From Gammaproteobacteria bacterium (GTDB lineage: Bacteria > Pseudomonadota > Gammaproteobacteria > Natronospirales > REEB76), in contig DATAHN010000130.1 in NCBI GenBank assembly GCA_036263155.1, forward strand, positions 1,649 through 65,648: a stretch of DNA of 64,000 nt. The letters are read 5' to 3'. The notes under the pieces are model-generated. The model ran no database searches and was not told where the DNA came from. It worked only from the letters and a program-made list of their open reading frames with translations. The translations under genes were made by a program, and so were the position numbers. Of the stretch, positions 53,291 through 63,047 are shown in pieces. Within the stretch, counting starts at the first letter, position 1; each line of letters opens with the position of its first letter.

Positions 53291-54126
53291 GGCATCGGCT
53301 CCGGCGTGAACGGCCGCGGCCGGATACCGAGCGCCTGCTCCGTTGCAGCGCAGTCGAACACCATGTCCCGGTTCATGCGTTCCGCCACCTCCGGCGTGAG
53401 GGCGCGGTAACGAGGCAAGAGGCGCGCGGTGGCGATGGCGGCGCGGTAAAGGAAGACCGGCACCGGCAGGATGCGCGGCTCGCGTCCCAGCGCCCGGAAG
53501 ATGCGCTCCAGCATGGCGCGGTAGCTCAGGGTCTCACCGCCGGCGATCTCGTAGGCTCCCGACTGCGGCAGCGTGAGTGCCGCCACGCAGGCGGCGGCGA
53601 GATCGTCCGCGTGCAGCGGTTGGCGCATGCCCCGCCCCGGCCAGGCCAGCGGAAAGAAGCCGATGCGGCGGATGAGTGCGGCGATGCGCGCCACGTTCTT
53701 GTCGCGCCGGCCATCGTAGACCAGCGTCGGCCGGAGCAGCGTGTAGACCATGCCGCGGGCGCCACAGGATCCGATCATCCCCTGCTCCGCCTCCCGCTGG
53801 TGGCGCACCAGCTCCCGTTCGCGGTGCGAGGCCGAGTCCACCTTGGTGTAGACGCTGGTGGTGCCGATGGCCACCACCCGGCGCAAGCCCGCGGGCGCGT
53901 CCCGCAGCAGCCGCGGCAGCAGCGGCAGGGGCGCCAGATGGATGAGTGCCTGAGTATCTTCGAGCGCGGCGTCCCACACGGGATCCCGGGCTACATCGGC
54001 CTGATGCCATGCACTGTCGGGATGAGGCCGGCGGCTCAGTACCGTGACCTCATGGCCCGCGCGGGCGAGGCGCGGCAGGAGGTAATCTCCCACCACGCTG
54101 CTGCCCCCGGTCACCAGCACGCGCAC
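53287..54126 (-). CDS. NAD(P)-dependent epimerase/dehydratase-family (SDR) protein
   Basis: 279 aa with an N-terminal VLVTGGSSVVG Rossmann motif. It is located between the WbpL-like gene and a GT2 gene. Confidence 0.7.
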   Translation of the reverse strand: MRVLVTGGSSVVGDYLLPRLARAGHEVTVLSRRPHPDSAWHQADVARDPVWDAALEDTQALIHLAPLPLLPRLLRDAPAGLRRVVAIGTTSVYTKVDSASHRERELVRHQREAEQGMIGSCGARGMVYTLLRPTLVYDGRRDKNVARIAALIRRIGFFPLAWPGRGMRQPLHADDLAAACVAALTLPQSGAYEIAGGETLSYRAMLERIFRALGREPRILPVPVFLYRAAIATARLLPRYRALTPEVAERMNRDMVFDCAATEQALGIRPRPFTPEPMP

Positions 54127-54130
54127 GAGC

Positions 54131-55000
54131 TCAGCTCCGCCGCAGCCGGACGATGGGCGCGAGCAGCAGGAAGCGCGACCAGATGCCGAGCCACACCAGC
54201 GCCGTGAGCCAGGCGGGGCTCGCGGCTCGCTGGAACTTGGAGAAGTAGCGCCACATGCCGCGGTGCTTGTGCCAGAGCACGAACACCGGCCGGCCGCGGC
54301 TGGAGGCGCCCTGCGCGTGGCTCACGCTCACGTCCGGCACGAACAGCACTCCTGCCCCGGCCTGCTGCACGCGCTTGCAGAGATCGAGGTCCTCGCAGTG
54401 CAGGAAGTAACCTTCGTCCCAGCCTCCGAGCCGTTCGAAGAGGTCACGGCGTATCAGGAGGCAGGCACCGGAGATGGCTTCCACCGGCACGGGACCGTCC
54501 GGCAGCGCTGTGCCGGTGAGGTCGAAGCCGCTCACCTTGCCGTCGGTGCCCGGACCGTCAAGCTTGAGCACGCGCATCAGCGCGCGGCGCGTGTCCGGCA
54601 GGTGGCGGCGGCAGCCGCGCTGCTCGCTGCCGTCGCTGTTCAGCACCAATGGACCCAGCATGCCCGTCTCGGGATGCGCCTCAAGCACCGCCACCAGGCG
54701 CTCGAGCGCGCCCGCCGGCATGCGACAGTCGGGGTTGATGAACAGGAGGTAGCGGCCGGTGGCTGAGGCGGCGCCCTGGTTGCAGGCGGCACCGAAACCG
54801 CGGTTCACGGGATTGCGCGCCAGCACCACGCCGGGATGCACACCGGATTCCAGAAACGCGAGGCTGCCATCGGCGGAGGCATTGTCCACCACCACGGTGC
54901 GGACCAGGCCCGCCTGGCCGGCGAGGGATTCCACCAGGCCGCGCAGCAGCGGACCGGCGTTGTAGTTGACGGTGACCGCCGTGACCGCCGCGGCGGACAC
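54131..55000 (-). CDS. family 2 glycosyltransferase
   Basis: 289 aa. Has VTVNYN, VVVDNASADGS, NRGFGAACNQG and a DxD-like region (HCEDLDLC), as in the rhamnosyltransferase-like GT2 subgroup. Confidence 0.85.
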   Translation of the reverse strand: MSAAAVTAVTVNYNAGPLLRGLVESLAGQAGLVRTVVVDNASADGSLAFLESGVHPGVVLARNPVNRGFGAACNQGAASATGRYLLFINPDCRMPAGALERLVAVLEAHPETGMLGPLVLNSDGSEQRGCRRHLPDTRRALMRVLKLDGPGTDGKVSGFDLTGTALPDGPVPVEAISGACLLIRRDLFERLGGWDEGYFLHCEDLDLCKRVQQAGAGVLFVPDVSVSHAQGASSRGRPVFVLWHKHRGMWRYFSKFQRAASPAWLTALVWLGIWSRFLLLAPIVRLRRS

Positions 55001-55001
55001 C

Positions 55002-56063
55002 TCAGCCCTCGACGAAGTTGCGCATGAACAGGTCCATCACGTGCTGGGTCATGCCGCCCTGCACGTGCCTCAGGTCGTCCTCCCAGGCCATGCCCCGCTC
55101 CGAGTTCATGACGATCTCGTAGCTCGGGAAGTACTGCACGTTGGCGTGGGCCGAGGCGAAGTCCTGGGCCACCGCACGCAGCGTGGACTTGGAGTAGGTG
55201 TTCGCCACCACGATGTCCTGGCCGCTGAAGGTCGCCTGCAACGGTACCGGCGAGGTGGTCACCACCATCTGCAGCTCCGGGTGACCGTGGCGGCTGAGCA
55301 GCGCGTGCAGCTGCTCCATGTTGTCCAGGTTCTGCAGGTAATTGGAGACCATGAACTCGTAGCGGCCCGGGTTCTGCTGCAGCATCTCCCTGTTGGGCGT
55401 GGTGTTGAGGTACGCTCCGGCCTGCTTGTCGTACCACACCTCCACCAGGCCCAGCGTCATGAATACCACGCGGCAGTCGCGGATGCGGGCGTTGACCTCC
55501 TGGATCAGCCGGCGGCGTTCCAAGGTCCCGGCCCGGTCCACCACTTCCAGGGTGGGGTTGATGTGCGGGTCGATGCAGCGCTTCGCATCCAGGTCCACGA
55601 GGCTCGCCTCGGGGAACTTCGCCGCCGGGTCCAGCGCCCAGGAGAGCTCGTTCAGCATCGAGTAGGTGGTGTACTTGTTCGTGAAGCCGAGGGCGGTGAC
55701 CTTGCCGTGGGTGGTGCTGAAGCGATTGAAATCCGTGGCGGCGCTCACCACCTGGAAGCCGCGACCCTTGAGCGCGTTCTCGATGCCGCGCGCGAAGCAA
55801 GAGCCGATGGCGAAGAGCTTGTCCTGCTTGTTTATCTTGAACTCCGGCTGCACCACCGCCGAAAAGCGCGGCTGGCGTAGGCGCTGGCAGGCGTAGGGAC
55901 CGGAGGCGTCCTTGAGGTCGATGCCGGCCTTGGACCAGCGGGTGTGCTCCTGGCCCGAGGACTGGGTGGCATGGGTTGCCGGGCGGTGACCGCTGAGGCG
56001 AGCGAACACCGCACGCAGGCGCGGATGGCTATCGAGGGTCTTGTCGAGGAATCCCATGGTCAT
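55002..56063 (-). CDS. GSCFA-domain protein (function unknown)
   Basis: Trimmed to the ATG at 56063 (MTMGFLDKT), 353 aa. It contains the eponymous FAIGSCFA motif. Confidence 0.7.
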   Translation of the reverse strand: MTMGFLDKTLDSHPRLRAVFARLSGHRPATHATQSSGQEHTRWSKAGIDLKDASGPYACQRLRQPRFSAVVQPEFKINKQDKLFAIGSCFARGIENALKGRGFQVVSAATDFNRFSTTHGKVTALGFTNKYTTYSMLNELSWALDPAAKFPEASLVDLDAKRCIDPHINPTLEVVDRAGTLERRRLIQEVNARIRDCRVVFMTLGLVEVWYDKQAGAYLNTTPNREMLQQNPGRYEFMVSNYLQNLDNMEQLHALLSRHGHPELQMVVTTSPVPLQATFSGQDIVVANTYSKSTLRAVAQDFASAHANVQYFPSYEIVMNSERGMAWEDDLRHVQGGMTQHVMDLFMRNFVEG

Positions 56064-56080
56064 GCTCCGTGCGCGGCGCT

Positions 56081-59000
56081 CTAGCCCGCCGCCTTGAGTT
56101 CCGCCTGCCGGTCGATGGAGGTGATCACCTCCGCGAGGCGTTCGCGGATCACCTCCGGCGAGTAGCGTTCCCGCACCACCCGCCGCCCGGCCTGCGACAT
56201 GCGCTGCCACAGCTCGGGGTCGGTGTAGGCGCGCACCACCGCGTCGGCGAAGCTCTGCGGGTCGTCGCCGATCAGCACCTCGCGCCCATCCTCCACGTAC
56301 ATGCCCTCAGCGGCGATGGAGGTCGCCACCACCGGCAAGCCGTAGCTGAAGCTGGTGCCGAGCTTGCCCTTGATGCCGGCGCCGAAGCGCAGCGGCGCCA
56401 CCATGAGGCGGCAGGAGTTGAAGTAGGGGGTGATGTCCTTCTGGAAGCCCAGCACCTGGATGTGGTCGCAGGCGAGATCGCGGATCTCCGCCGGGGGCCG
56501 CGAACCCAGGATCAGGAACCTGAGGTCCGGGATACGGCTCCTCAGCGCGGGCAGCACTTCGCGGCAGAAATACAGCACCGCTTCCACGTTGGGGTTGTGC
56601 TGGTAACCGCCGATGAACAGGATGTCGCGGCGTGCCTCGAAGCCGGGACCCTGCGGCTCCTCCGGGATGACCAGCTGCACCACGTGCACGTTGGCGCGCG
56701 GCGCCTCCTGGGCCAGGAGCTCCTTCTCCACCGGGCTCACCACGATGCTGGCGTCCGACTCGCGGATGAGCTTGAGCTCGTCGGCGCGGGTGCGCTCGGC
56801 GCGGTCGGCGATGAGCGGGTTGTTCTCCACCGCCGCCTGGCGGCGTTCGCGCAGATAGTGCAGGTCCACGGTGTCATAGATGACGCGCAGGCCGGGCGCG
56901 GCTTTCTTGAGGTGGTCGAGGTGACGGATCGCCACATAGGGCCGGCACAGCATGGCGAGCTGGAACTCGCCGGCGCGGGCCTTGATGAACTGGTCCACCG
57001 ACACGCAGTGCGGCTCGTACACGCACTCGATGCCGAGCCGTTGCAGGTCGCGGGTGTACTCGCCGTCGTGCAGCAGGTTGTCCGGCACGAAGGTGACCTT
57101 GTAGCCCAGGGACTGCAGCAGCTTCAGGTGGTAGAACTTCAGCAGCGAACCTGCGTCGTGGTCCGGACGCGGCGTGTTGGCGTCGATCACCAGCAGACGC
57201 TTGGTGACGCCGCGGTCCTTCTCCAGCAGCGGCAGCATGCCGTTGGGGCGGTGCGAGGCCAGCACGTCCTGCCAGCGTTCGTGCAGCTTCTTGAGATTCA
57301 CCACCTGGTACTTCTTCACGCCGGAGCCGAGGTCGGTGCCGGAGCTCACGCCCTCATAGTGCACGATGGTGGAGAGCGGCTGGTACAGGACCCTGAGGCC
57401 GCGCTTCCTCACCTGGAACGCGAGGTCGGTGTCCTCACAGTAGGCGGGTGCGTAGTGGCTGTCGAAGCCACCGAGCTCGCGGAACAGCGCCAGAGGCACC
57501 ATGATGCTGGCGCCGGAACAGTAGTCCACGTCCCGCAGGTAGTTGTACTCGGGACGGTCCGGGTCGTCGAAACGGCCATAGTTCCAGGCGGAGCCGTCGC
57601 GCCAGACGATGCCGCCCGCCTCCTGCAGGCGCCCATCCGGGTACACGAGCTTGGAACCCACCAGGCCCGCCTCGGGCACCTGGCCGAAGGTGGCACGCAA
57701 CTCGTCCAGCCATCCCGGCAGCACCTGAACGTCGTTGTTCAGGAAATACACGTAGCGGCCGCGCGCCGCGGCGGCGCCGGCGTTGCAGGCGCCGATGAAC
57801 CCGAGGTTCTGCTCGTTCTTGACCACCCGTATGCCCTTGCAACGGGCCAGCACCGTCGGGGTGTCATCTGACGAGCAGTCGTCCACCACGATCACCTCGA
57901 AAGGCGTCGTGGCGCCGACTGCGGCAATGGACTTCAGGCAGTGCAGCGTGTGGGCCACATTGTTGTAGACGGGGATCACCACCGAGACCTCAGGCGTCTC
58001 CGAGGTGGCGAGGACCAGACCCTCGCCCGCCAGCACCGCGGCCGGGCCCTTCGGGTCCACCTTGTCGCCCCGCACCGCGCGGGTCTTGTAGTCGGCGCTG
58101 CCGGGGGCGCCGGCGCCGAACAACCGGCCGAGGCTGCGGCGCAGGATCATTCGCAGGCGCATGGGCATGGGGATGCGGTAGTACACGTCGCGCGCCACCA
58201 GCCTCAGCATCCCCGCGTCCATGAAGCGCAGCTTGGGGATGGAGCGCAGCATCACCATCAGGCCGCGCAGCGGCGCGGTCACGCGCCAGGAGGTGGAGTG
58301 GTACAGGGCCTGCAGTTCCTGCTTGAGATGCGCGAGTTCGCGCAGCTCGCCGCGCTGCCATTCCAGCTCCTGGGCCCTGGCCAGCGCGAGGCCGGCGTGG
58401 TGGCCGCGCTCCTCGGCGATGTGCTTGATCTCCTGGTCGCGGGCCTGGATCAGGCGGTCCTTGTCGGCCAGGGCCGCGTCGCGTGCGTGCAGCTCGGCAT
58501 ACAGCGCGCCCAGGATGTGGTCGAAGCCGGCGCTCAGGCCAGAGAGCTCCTTGCCGAGCCGGTCGAGTTGGGTCGCGTCGGCGCCACCGGCCAAGGTCTT
58601 GTAGGTGTCGCGGGTAAGCCGCCCGAGTTCGCCGCCCGGCATCAGCTCCGGCTTCTGGTGGTGGCGCAGCTCCTTGTGCACGAAGCCGGCCATGCCCTGG
58701 TCCAGGGCCCGCTCGTCCGCGGGCCAGGCGAGTCCCAGCTTCTCCCAGGCGGGCTTGAGCGCGCCGCGCCAGTCCGCCAGCACCGCGGCGTAGTCCACCA
58801 CGGCGCGCGGGCCGCCGCGGCTCGCCGCCTCCGCGTCCAGAAGGTAGCGCAAAGTCAGCAGTGCCGACTTCTCCGGCGCGAAGCCGTTACGCGCCTTGAG
58901 GGAGGCGATGATCTCAGCGGGATCACGGGTCGCGATCAGGTAGCAGGGCTGCCAGCCGAGCTCCCGCAGCAGGTCCTGCCACAGCGGCAGCATGCGGCAG

Positions 59001-59323
59001 AGACGCGGATCCTTGACGCAGGCGAGTTCCGCCGCGCCGAAGTCGCGCTGCAGCACCGCCTTCAGTGCATCCCGCTGCGGACGGACGGTCTCGTAGTTCC
59101 ACCACTTGTCCGGCAGCGCCCGCACGTCGTCCCAGGCATAGCCGAGCTTGCCCAGTATCTCGTCATGGATGCGCACGATCTCGTCGTGCTCCCAGAACCC
59201 CATCACGTTGTCCTGGCCCGCCGCCATCATGCGCTCGCCGAGTTCGGCGCCCAGCAGGCGGCAGCTGCCCGCCAGCACCGAGGTGCCGCTGCGATGCATG
59301 CCGAGGATCATCAGCATCTTCAT
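56081..59323 (-). CDS. multidomain sulfotransferase-like / coiled-coil / GT2 / GT4-like glycosyltransferase
   Basis: Trimmed to the ATG at 59323 ([15 protein letters not shown]), which overlaps the upstream stop as ATGA. 1080 aa. Residues 1-245 have a P-loop-type sulfotransferase motif GMHRSGTS plus [12 protein letters not shown]. Residues about 255-342 are a heptad-rich helical stretch ending in [11 protein letters not shown]. Residues 445-660 are GT2 ([30 protein letters not shown]). Residues 705-1075 are GT4-like ([18 protein letters not shown] ... [21 protein letters not shown]). Confidence 0.75.
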   Translation of the reverse strand: MKMLMILGMHRSGTSVLAGSCRLLGAELGERMMAAGQDNVMGFWEHDEIVRIHDEILGKLGYAWDDVRALPDKWWNYETVRPQRDALKAVLQRDFGAAELACVKDPRLCRMLPLWQDLLRELGWQPCYLIATRDPAEIIASLKARNGFAPEKSALLTLRYLLDAEAASRGGPRAVVDYAAVLADWRGALKPAWEKLGLAWPADERALDQGMAGFVHKELRHHQKPELMPGGELGRLTRDTYKTLAGGADATQLDRLGKELSGLSAGFDHILGALYAELHARDAALADKDRLIQARDQEIKHIAEERGHHAGLALARAQELEWQRGELRELAHLKQELQALYHSTSWRVTAPLRGLMVMLRSIPKLRFMDAGMLRLVARDVYYRIPMPMRLRMILRRSLGRLFGAGAPGSADYKTRAVRGDKVDPKGPAAVLAGEGLVLATSETPEVSVVIPVYNNVAHTLHCLKSIAAVGATTPFEVIVVDDCSSDDTPTVLARCKGIRVVKNEQNLGFIGACNAGAAAARGRYVYFLNNDVQVLPGWLDELRATFGQVPEAGLVGSKLVYPDGRLQEAGGIVWRDGSAWNYGRFDDPDRPEYNYLRDVDYCSGASIMVPLALFRELGGFDSHYAPAYCEDTDLAFQVRKRGLRVLYQPLSTIVHYEGVSSGTDLGSGVKKYQVVNLKKLHERWQDVLASHRPNGMLPLLEKDRGVTKRLLVIDANTPRPDHDAGSLLKFYHLKLLQSLGYKVTFVPDNLLHDGEYTRDLQRLGIECVYEPHCVSVDQFIKARAGEFQLAMLCRPYVAIRHLDHLKKAAPGLRVIYDTVDLHYLRERRQAAVENNPLIADRAERTRADELKLIRESDASIVVSPVEKELLAQEAPRANVHVVQLVIPEEPQGPGFEARRDILFIGGYQHNPNVEAVLYFCREVLPALRSRIPDLRFLILGSRPPAEIRDLACDHIQVLGFQKDITPYFNSCRLMVAPLRFGAGIKGKLGTSFSYGLPVVATSIAAEGMYVEDGREVLIGDDPQSFADAVVRAYTDPELWQRMSQAGRRVVRERYSPEVIRERLAEVITSIDRQAELKAAG

Positions 59324-60267
59324 GCGGAACGTCCCCACAGTGCGGACAGACGCGCGCCCAGGCCGCGGCGGATGCGCTCCACCGGCGGCGCCTGGAGGCG
59401 CCGACAATGCTCTTCAAAGAGCCGCTGCATCTCGGCGTGGGCGCCGGCATCGCCCTGCTCCAGGCCCTCGGGCGCCGCCAGCATGTCACGGTAGAGCTGC
59501 TCGGCCTCGCGGGCGGCGGCGGTGGAGGTATCCACCGGCATCGAATCCTTCTCCACCTCGGAACTATTGATCTTGTTGTCGAGCGGCTTGAGGCAGTCAG
59601 CGGAATAAGCTTCGCCCAGGAACGCCAGCACACGCCGGAACGCCTGCTCCGGCTCGCCGGTGAAGTCCTCGTAGCGCACGCGCAGCATGCGCGCGCGGCC
59701 GAGCGCCCGCTCGCCGAGCCAGGCGGCACGGGTGAGCCGGAGCCAGGTGCGATAGGCCTCATCGTGGGCGTAGTCGCGGGCGCCGGTGCGGGAGAACTTC
59801 ATGAGCGAGCGTGCCACGTCGTGCGGGTTGCGCAGCAGGTGGATGAAGCGCGCGCCGGGAAACAGGCGCAGCAGCGGGTATATATAGTGGGAATTCTCGG
59901 GGGTCGCGTCGGCCCAGCGGCGCTTGGGATCGGCCGGGGAACGGCGCCGGTGCATCTCGCCCTTCACCTTGCGCTCGGTGTGCTCGATGAGCCGCTGGTT
60001 GGCGGTGCCCATGAGGTGCTGCAGGCCTTCGCCGAACAGGCGGTAGAACTCGTCCTCGTCCATGCCGATCTGGCCCAGGTGCGAGAAGCCGCCGTTCACG
60101 GTGGCGAGGCGATAGAGGTTGTCCAGGTCCACGCCCAGACGCGCCAGCCAGTTGGTCTCCGGCAGGTTGACGATGTTGGGGTGCTGGCCGAGGCACCAGC
60201 AGAAGATGCTGGTACCGGAGCGGTAGGAACCGACCACGAACACCGGGCTGTGGCTATGGTCCGACAT
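59320..60267 (-). CDS. sulfotransferase family protein
   Basis: 315 aa with a 5-prime-PSB-like motif [10 protein letters not shown] and a 3-prime-PB-like motif [13 protein letters not shown]. Confidence 0.75.
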   Translation of the reverse strand: MSDHSHSPVFVVGSYRSGTSIFCWCLGQHPNIVNLPETNWLARLGVDLDNLYRLATVNGGFSHLGQIGMDEDEFYRLFGEGLQHLMGTANQRLIEHTERKVKGEMHRRRSPADPKRRWADATPENSHYIYPLLRLFPGARFIHLLRNPHDVARSLMKFSRTGARDYAHDEAYRTWLRLTRAAWLGERALGRARMLRVRYEDFTGEPEQAFRRVLAFLGEAYSADCLKPLDNKINSSEVEKDSMPVDTSTAAAREAEQLYRDMLAAPEGLEQGDAGAHAEMQRLFEEHCRRLQAPPVERIRRGLGARLSALWGRSA

Positions 60268-60327
60268 CGGTGACGGGGTCCTTGGGGAAACGCTGGAGCC
60301 GGCGGCGGCAAGACCCTGAATTTTATC

Positions 60328-61515
60328 TCAAATCCCCCTGCCAGTCCCCGGCGGCGAAAACATCCCCGGCTCGCCGTCCCGGGTGTAGCCCATGGCGGCG
60401 AGCTCGATGCCGGCGATACGCCAAACCAGCGCCCGGTCACGGGCGGTCAGGCTCTCGCGCCATTCCCCCGCCACGCCCTTGCGCATCACGTCCTGCCCGG
60501 CCACGCCCCGCGGCCGCCCGCTCTGGGCCTCGAAGGAGCTGGCTTTGGCCACCGCCGCCACCGTGGCCGGTGAGGCGTCGGCACCGAGCGACTGCAGGAG
60601 ACGCGTGAACTGGCCGTCGAAATCCGTGAGCAGATCCTCGTAGCGCAGCACCGTGAGTTCGCCCCGCTCCGCAGCCTTGAGCACCCGCCGCACCCGGTCC
60701 GCCCACACCGAGAGGGAGCGGCCGAGGCGCCAGTCCTCGCCGTACCCCGCCAGGCGACGCAACGCGGTGACGCCGCGGATGCCCGCTTCCCGCGCCAGCG
60801 CCACCGGCTTCATGAAGCTCACGTGGCTGTGCTGCCAGGCCATGCGCCGCTCACGCATGAGCTGGCGGTAGTGGAACGCGGATACCGCCGCGTCCCGGCC
60901 GTCCCGCACGATCGCTACGCGCGGCGCCTGGGGCCGCCACTCCCTGAGCGCGTCCAGGCACAGGATCTGGTCCGCGCCCTTCAGCACCAACCGCTGGCCC
61001 GGCTTGAATGCAGGTGCCAGTGCCGCCAGGAACCCGTCCATGGCCGCCGCGGGCGTGCCCGCCTTACGCAGCGCCTCGAAGGCCGCCGCCAGCAGTGCCG
61101 GCGGGAAGTTGAGGAAGCCCACCGGCTTGCCCCGGGAGGCCCGCTCACCGCCCGTAGCGGAGCCTTCCGTCAGCATCGCCGTCAGCGTCCGCACCGCGGC
61201 CTCCGCCGGCAGATCGTAGAGGGATGCAACGTCGCGGTGGCGGCCGTCGGGGAGATAACGATGAAACGCGCCAGGCGCGAGTTGCTCGGCCCTGAGCGCG
61301 CAGAACGCGCTCCTGCCGAACACGTTGGCGAGCCGCTCGCGCGGCGGCAACAGGTGCCGGCCGCTACGGCCGGCCACAGACCGCAGCACGTCCAGCTCAC
61401 GCAGGGCGGAGAACTCGGGATGGGCCGCCAGCGCCGAGAGCAGCCAGCTGGTGCCGTTCTTGTAGAGGCCGACGATGAAGACCGGGTCGGATCCGGACGT
61501 GGGACGCGGGCTCAC
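60328..61515 (-). CDS. sulfotransferase domain protein
   Basis: 395 aa. Has IVGLYKNGTSW (5-prime-PSB-like), IVRDGRDAAVS (3-prime-PB-like) and the C-terminal RKGVAGEWRE motif. Its start overlaps the wzt stop (ATGA). Confidence 0.75.
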   Translation of the reverse strand: MSPRPTSGSDPVFIVGLYKNGTSWLLSALAAHPEFSALRELDVLRSVAGRSGRHLLPPRERLANVFGRSAFCALRAEQLAPGAFHRYLPDGRHRDVASLYDLPAEAAVRTLTAMLTEGSATGGERASRGKPVGFLNFPPALLAAAFEALRKAGTPAAAMDGFLAALAPAFKPGQRLVLKGADQILCLDALREWRPQAPRVAIVRDGRDAAVSAFHYRQLMRERRMAWQHSHVSFMKPVALAREAGIRGVTALRRLAGYGEDWRLGRSLSVWADRVRRVLKAAERGELTVLRYEDLLTDFDGQFTRLLQSLGADASPATVAAVAKASSFEAQSGRPRGVAGQDVMRKGVAGEWRESLTARDRALVWRIAGIELAAMGYTRDGEPGMFSPPGTGRGI

Positions 61516-62225
61516 GGCCGGCGGCCGCCGGGCCGCAGGCTCTGCTGGTAGCGTTTCACCACCGCATCGGGCTCGCCCACCTCCACCGTCACGCCCTGGT
61601 CCACCCAGGCGACGCGGTCGCAGAGCTCCATGATGGTCTCGGGATGGTGGGTCACGATCACCACGGTGCGGCCGGAGGCGATCTTCTCGCGCATGGCGGC
61701 GGAGGATTTCTCCTTGAAGGCGGCGTCGCCGACGCCGAGCACCTCGTCGATCAGCAGCACGTCCGGGTCCGCCTGCACCGCCACCGTGAAGCCGAGGCGC
61801 GCGCGCATGCCGGAGGAGTAGGTCCGCACCGGCTCGTCGATGAACTCCTGCAGCTCGGCGTAGCGCACCATCTCATCCATGCGCGCCTCCACCTCGCGGC
61901 GGGTGAGGCCGAGCAGGATGCCGGACAGCACCGCGTTCTCACGCCCGGTGAGCGCCGGGATGAAGCCCGCCTGCAGCGCCAGCAGGGAGACCCGCGCGGT
62001 GTGGCGGATCACCTCGCCCGTGTCCGGCGCCAGGATGCCGGCCAGGAGGCGCAGCAGCGTGCTCTTGCCGGCGCCGTTGCGGCCTATGATGCCGAGCGTC
62101 TCGCCGTGCTTCAGGCCGAAGCTCACGTCGTGCAGCGCCCAGAACGCGTGGTGGCGCATGAAGCCGGCCTTGCGCCGGTAGCGCACGCCCACGTTCCTGA
62201 GTTCGATGATGTTGTCGCCGCTCAT
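61512..62225 (-). CDS. wzt: polysaccharide ABC exporter ATP-binding protein (Wzt/KpsT-like, nucleotide-binding domain only)
   Basis: 237 aa with Walker A GRNGAGKST, signature YSSGMRARL and Walker B LLIDEV. There is no C-terminal extension. Confidence 0.85.
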   Translation of the reverse strand: MSGDNIIELRNVGVRYRRKAGFMRHHAFWALHDVSFGLKHGETLGIIGRNGAGKSTLLRLLAGILAPDTGEVIRHTARVSLLALQAGFIPALTGRENAVLSGILLGLTRREVEARMDEMVRYAELQEFIDEPVRTYSSGMRARLGFTVAVQADPDVLLIDEVLGVGDAAFKEKSSAAMREKIASGRTVVIVTHHPETIMELCDRVAWVDQGVTVEVGEPDAVVKRYQQSLRPGGRRP

Positions 62226-62228
62226 GGT

Positions 62229-62993
62229 TCAGCCCAGCATCAGCTTGGGATAGATGCGGTCGTAGCGCCGTAACAGCCATAGCGCCAGCCCATACAGCAG
62301 CAACGAGGCGGCCACCACCCAGGCGAGGCTGCCCCAGTCGGGCCAACGCCTGCCCAGCAGCACGTCGCGGAAACCGGTCACCACGTGCACCATGGGGTTG
62401 AATCGCAGCACCGCCTGCACGCTCGGCGGCAGCTCCGCCACGTCCTTGATGATGCCGGACATGAACATCATCACGATCAAGCCGTTGCTGACCACGAGGT
62501 CCAGGTCCGGCAAGAGCGGCACCACCGCCGCCACCAGCGAGGACAGGGCCAGCACCAGCAGGAGCTCCACCAGCACCAGCGCCGGCAGCGCCACCCAGGT
62601 GGCGCTCACACCATGGCTGGCGGCGGTGAACAGCATGAGCAGGGCGAGGATGATGATGAACTTGATGCCGTTGGTGACCAGCACCAGCCAGGGCAGCACG
62701 TACTTGGGCAGGTAGACCTGTTGGATCAGACCGCTGTTGGCCTCGATGATCCTGGAGCCGTTCTGCACCGAGCTCGCGAACCACTTCCAGGGCACCAGGC
62801 CGCAGAGCAGGAACAGCGCGTAGTGGCTGCCGCCGGCGCGCACCCCGAGGCCGAACGCGACATAGAAGGCCAGCATGTAGAGCAAGGGTTCCAGCACCCA
62901 CCAGACGAAGCCCACGAAGGCGCGCGCGGCCTCGGCCCTGAGTTCCGCCATGCCCTTGTACCAGACGAGTTCGGCGTACCCCGGCCGGCGCAT
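62229..62993 (-). CDS. wzm: polysaccharide ABC exporter permease (ABC-2 type, Wzm-like)
   Basis: 254 aa with 6 TM segments and a typical Wzm N-terminus (FVGFVWWVLEPLLYMLAF). It is directly upstream of wzt. Confidence 0.85.
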   Translation of the reverse strand: MRRPGYAELVWYKGMAELRAEAARAFVGFVWWVLEPLLYMLAFYVAFGLGVRAGGSHYALFLLCGLVPWKWFASSVQNGSRIIEANSGLIQQVYLPKYVLPWLVLVTNGIKFIIILALLMLFTAASHGVSATWVALPALVLVELLLVLALSSLVAAVVPLLPDLDLVVSNGLIVMMFMSGIIKDVAELPPSVQAVLRFNPMVHVVTGFRDVLLGRRWPDWGSLAWVVAASLLLYGLALWLLRRYDRIYPKLMLG

Positions 62994-63047
62994 GCTGTGG
63001 TTCTCCCTGGAGACTGGGTGCGGTGCGCGGGAATCGCGCGGGCGGCA

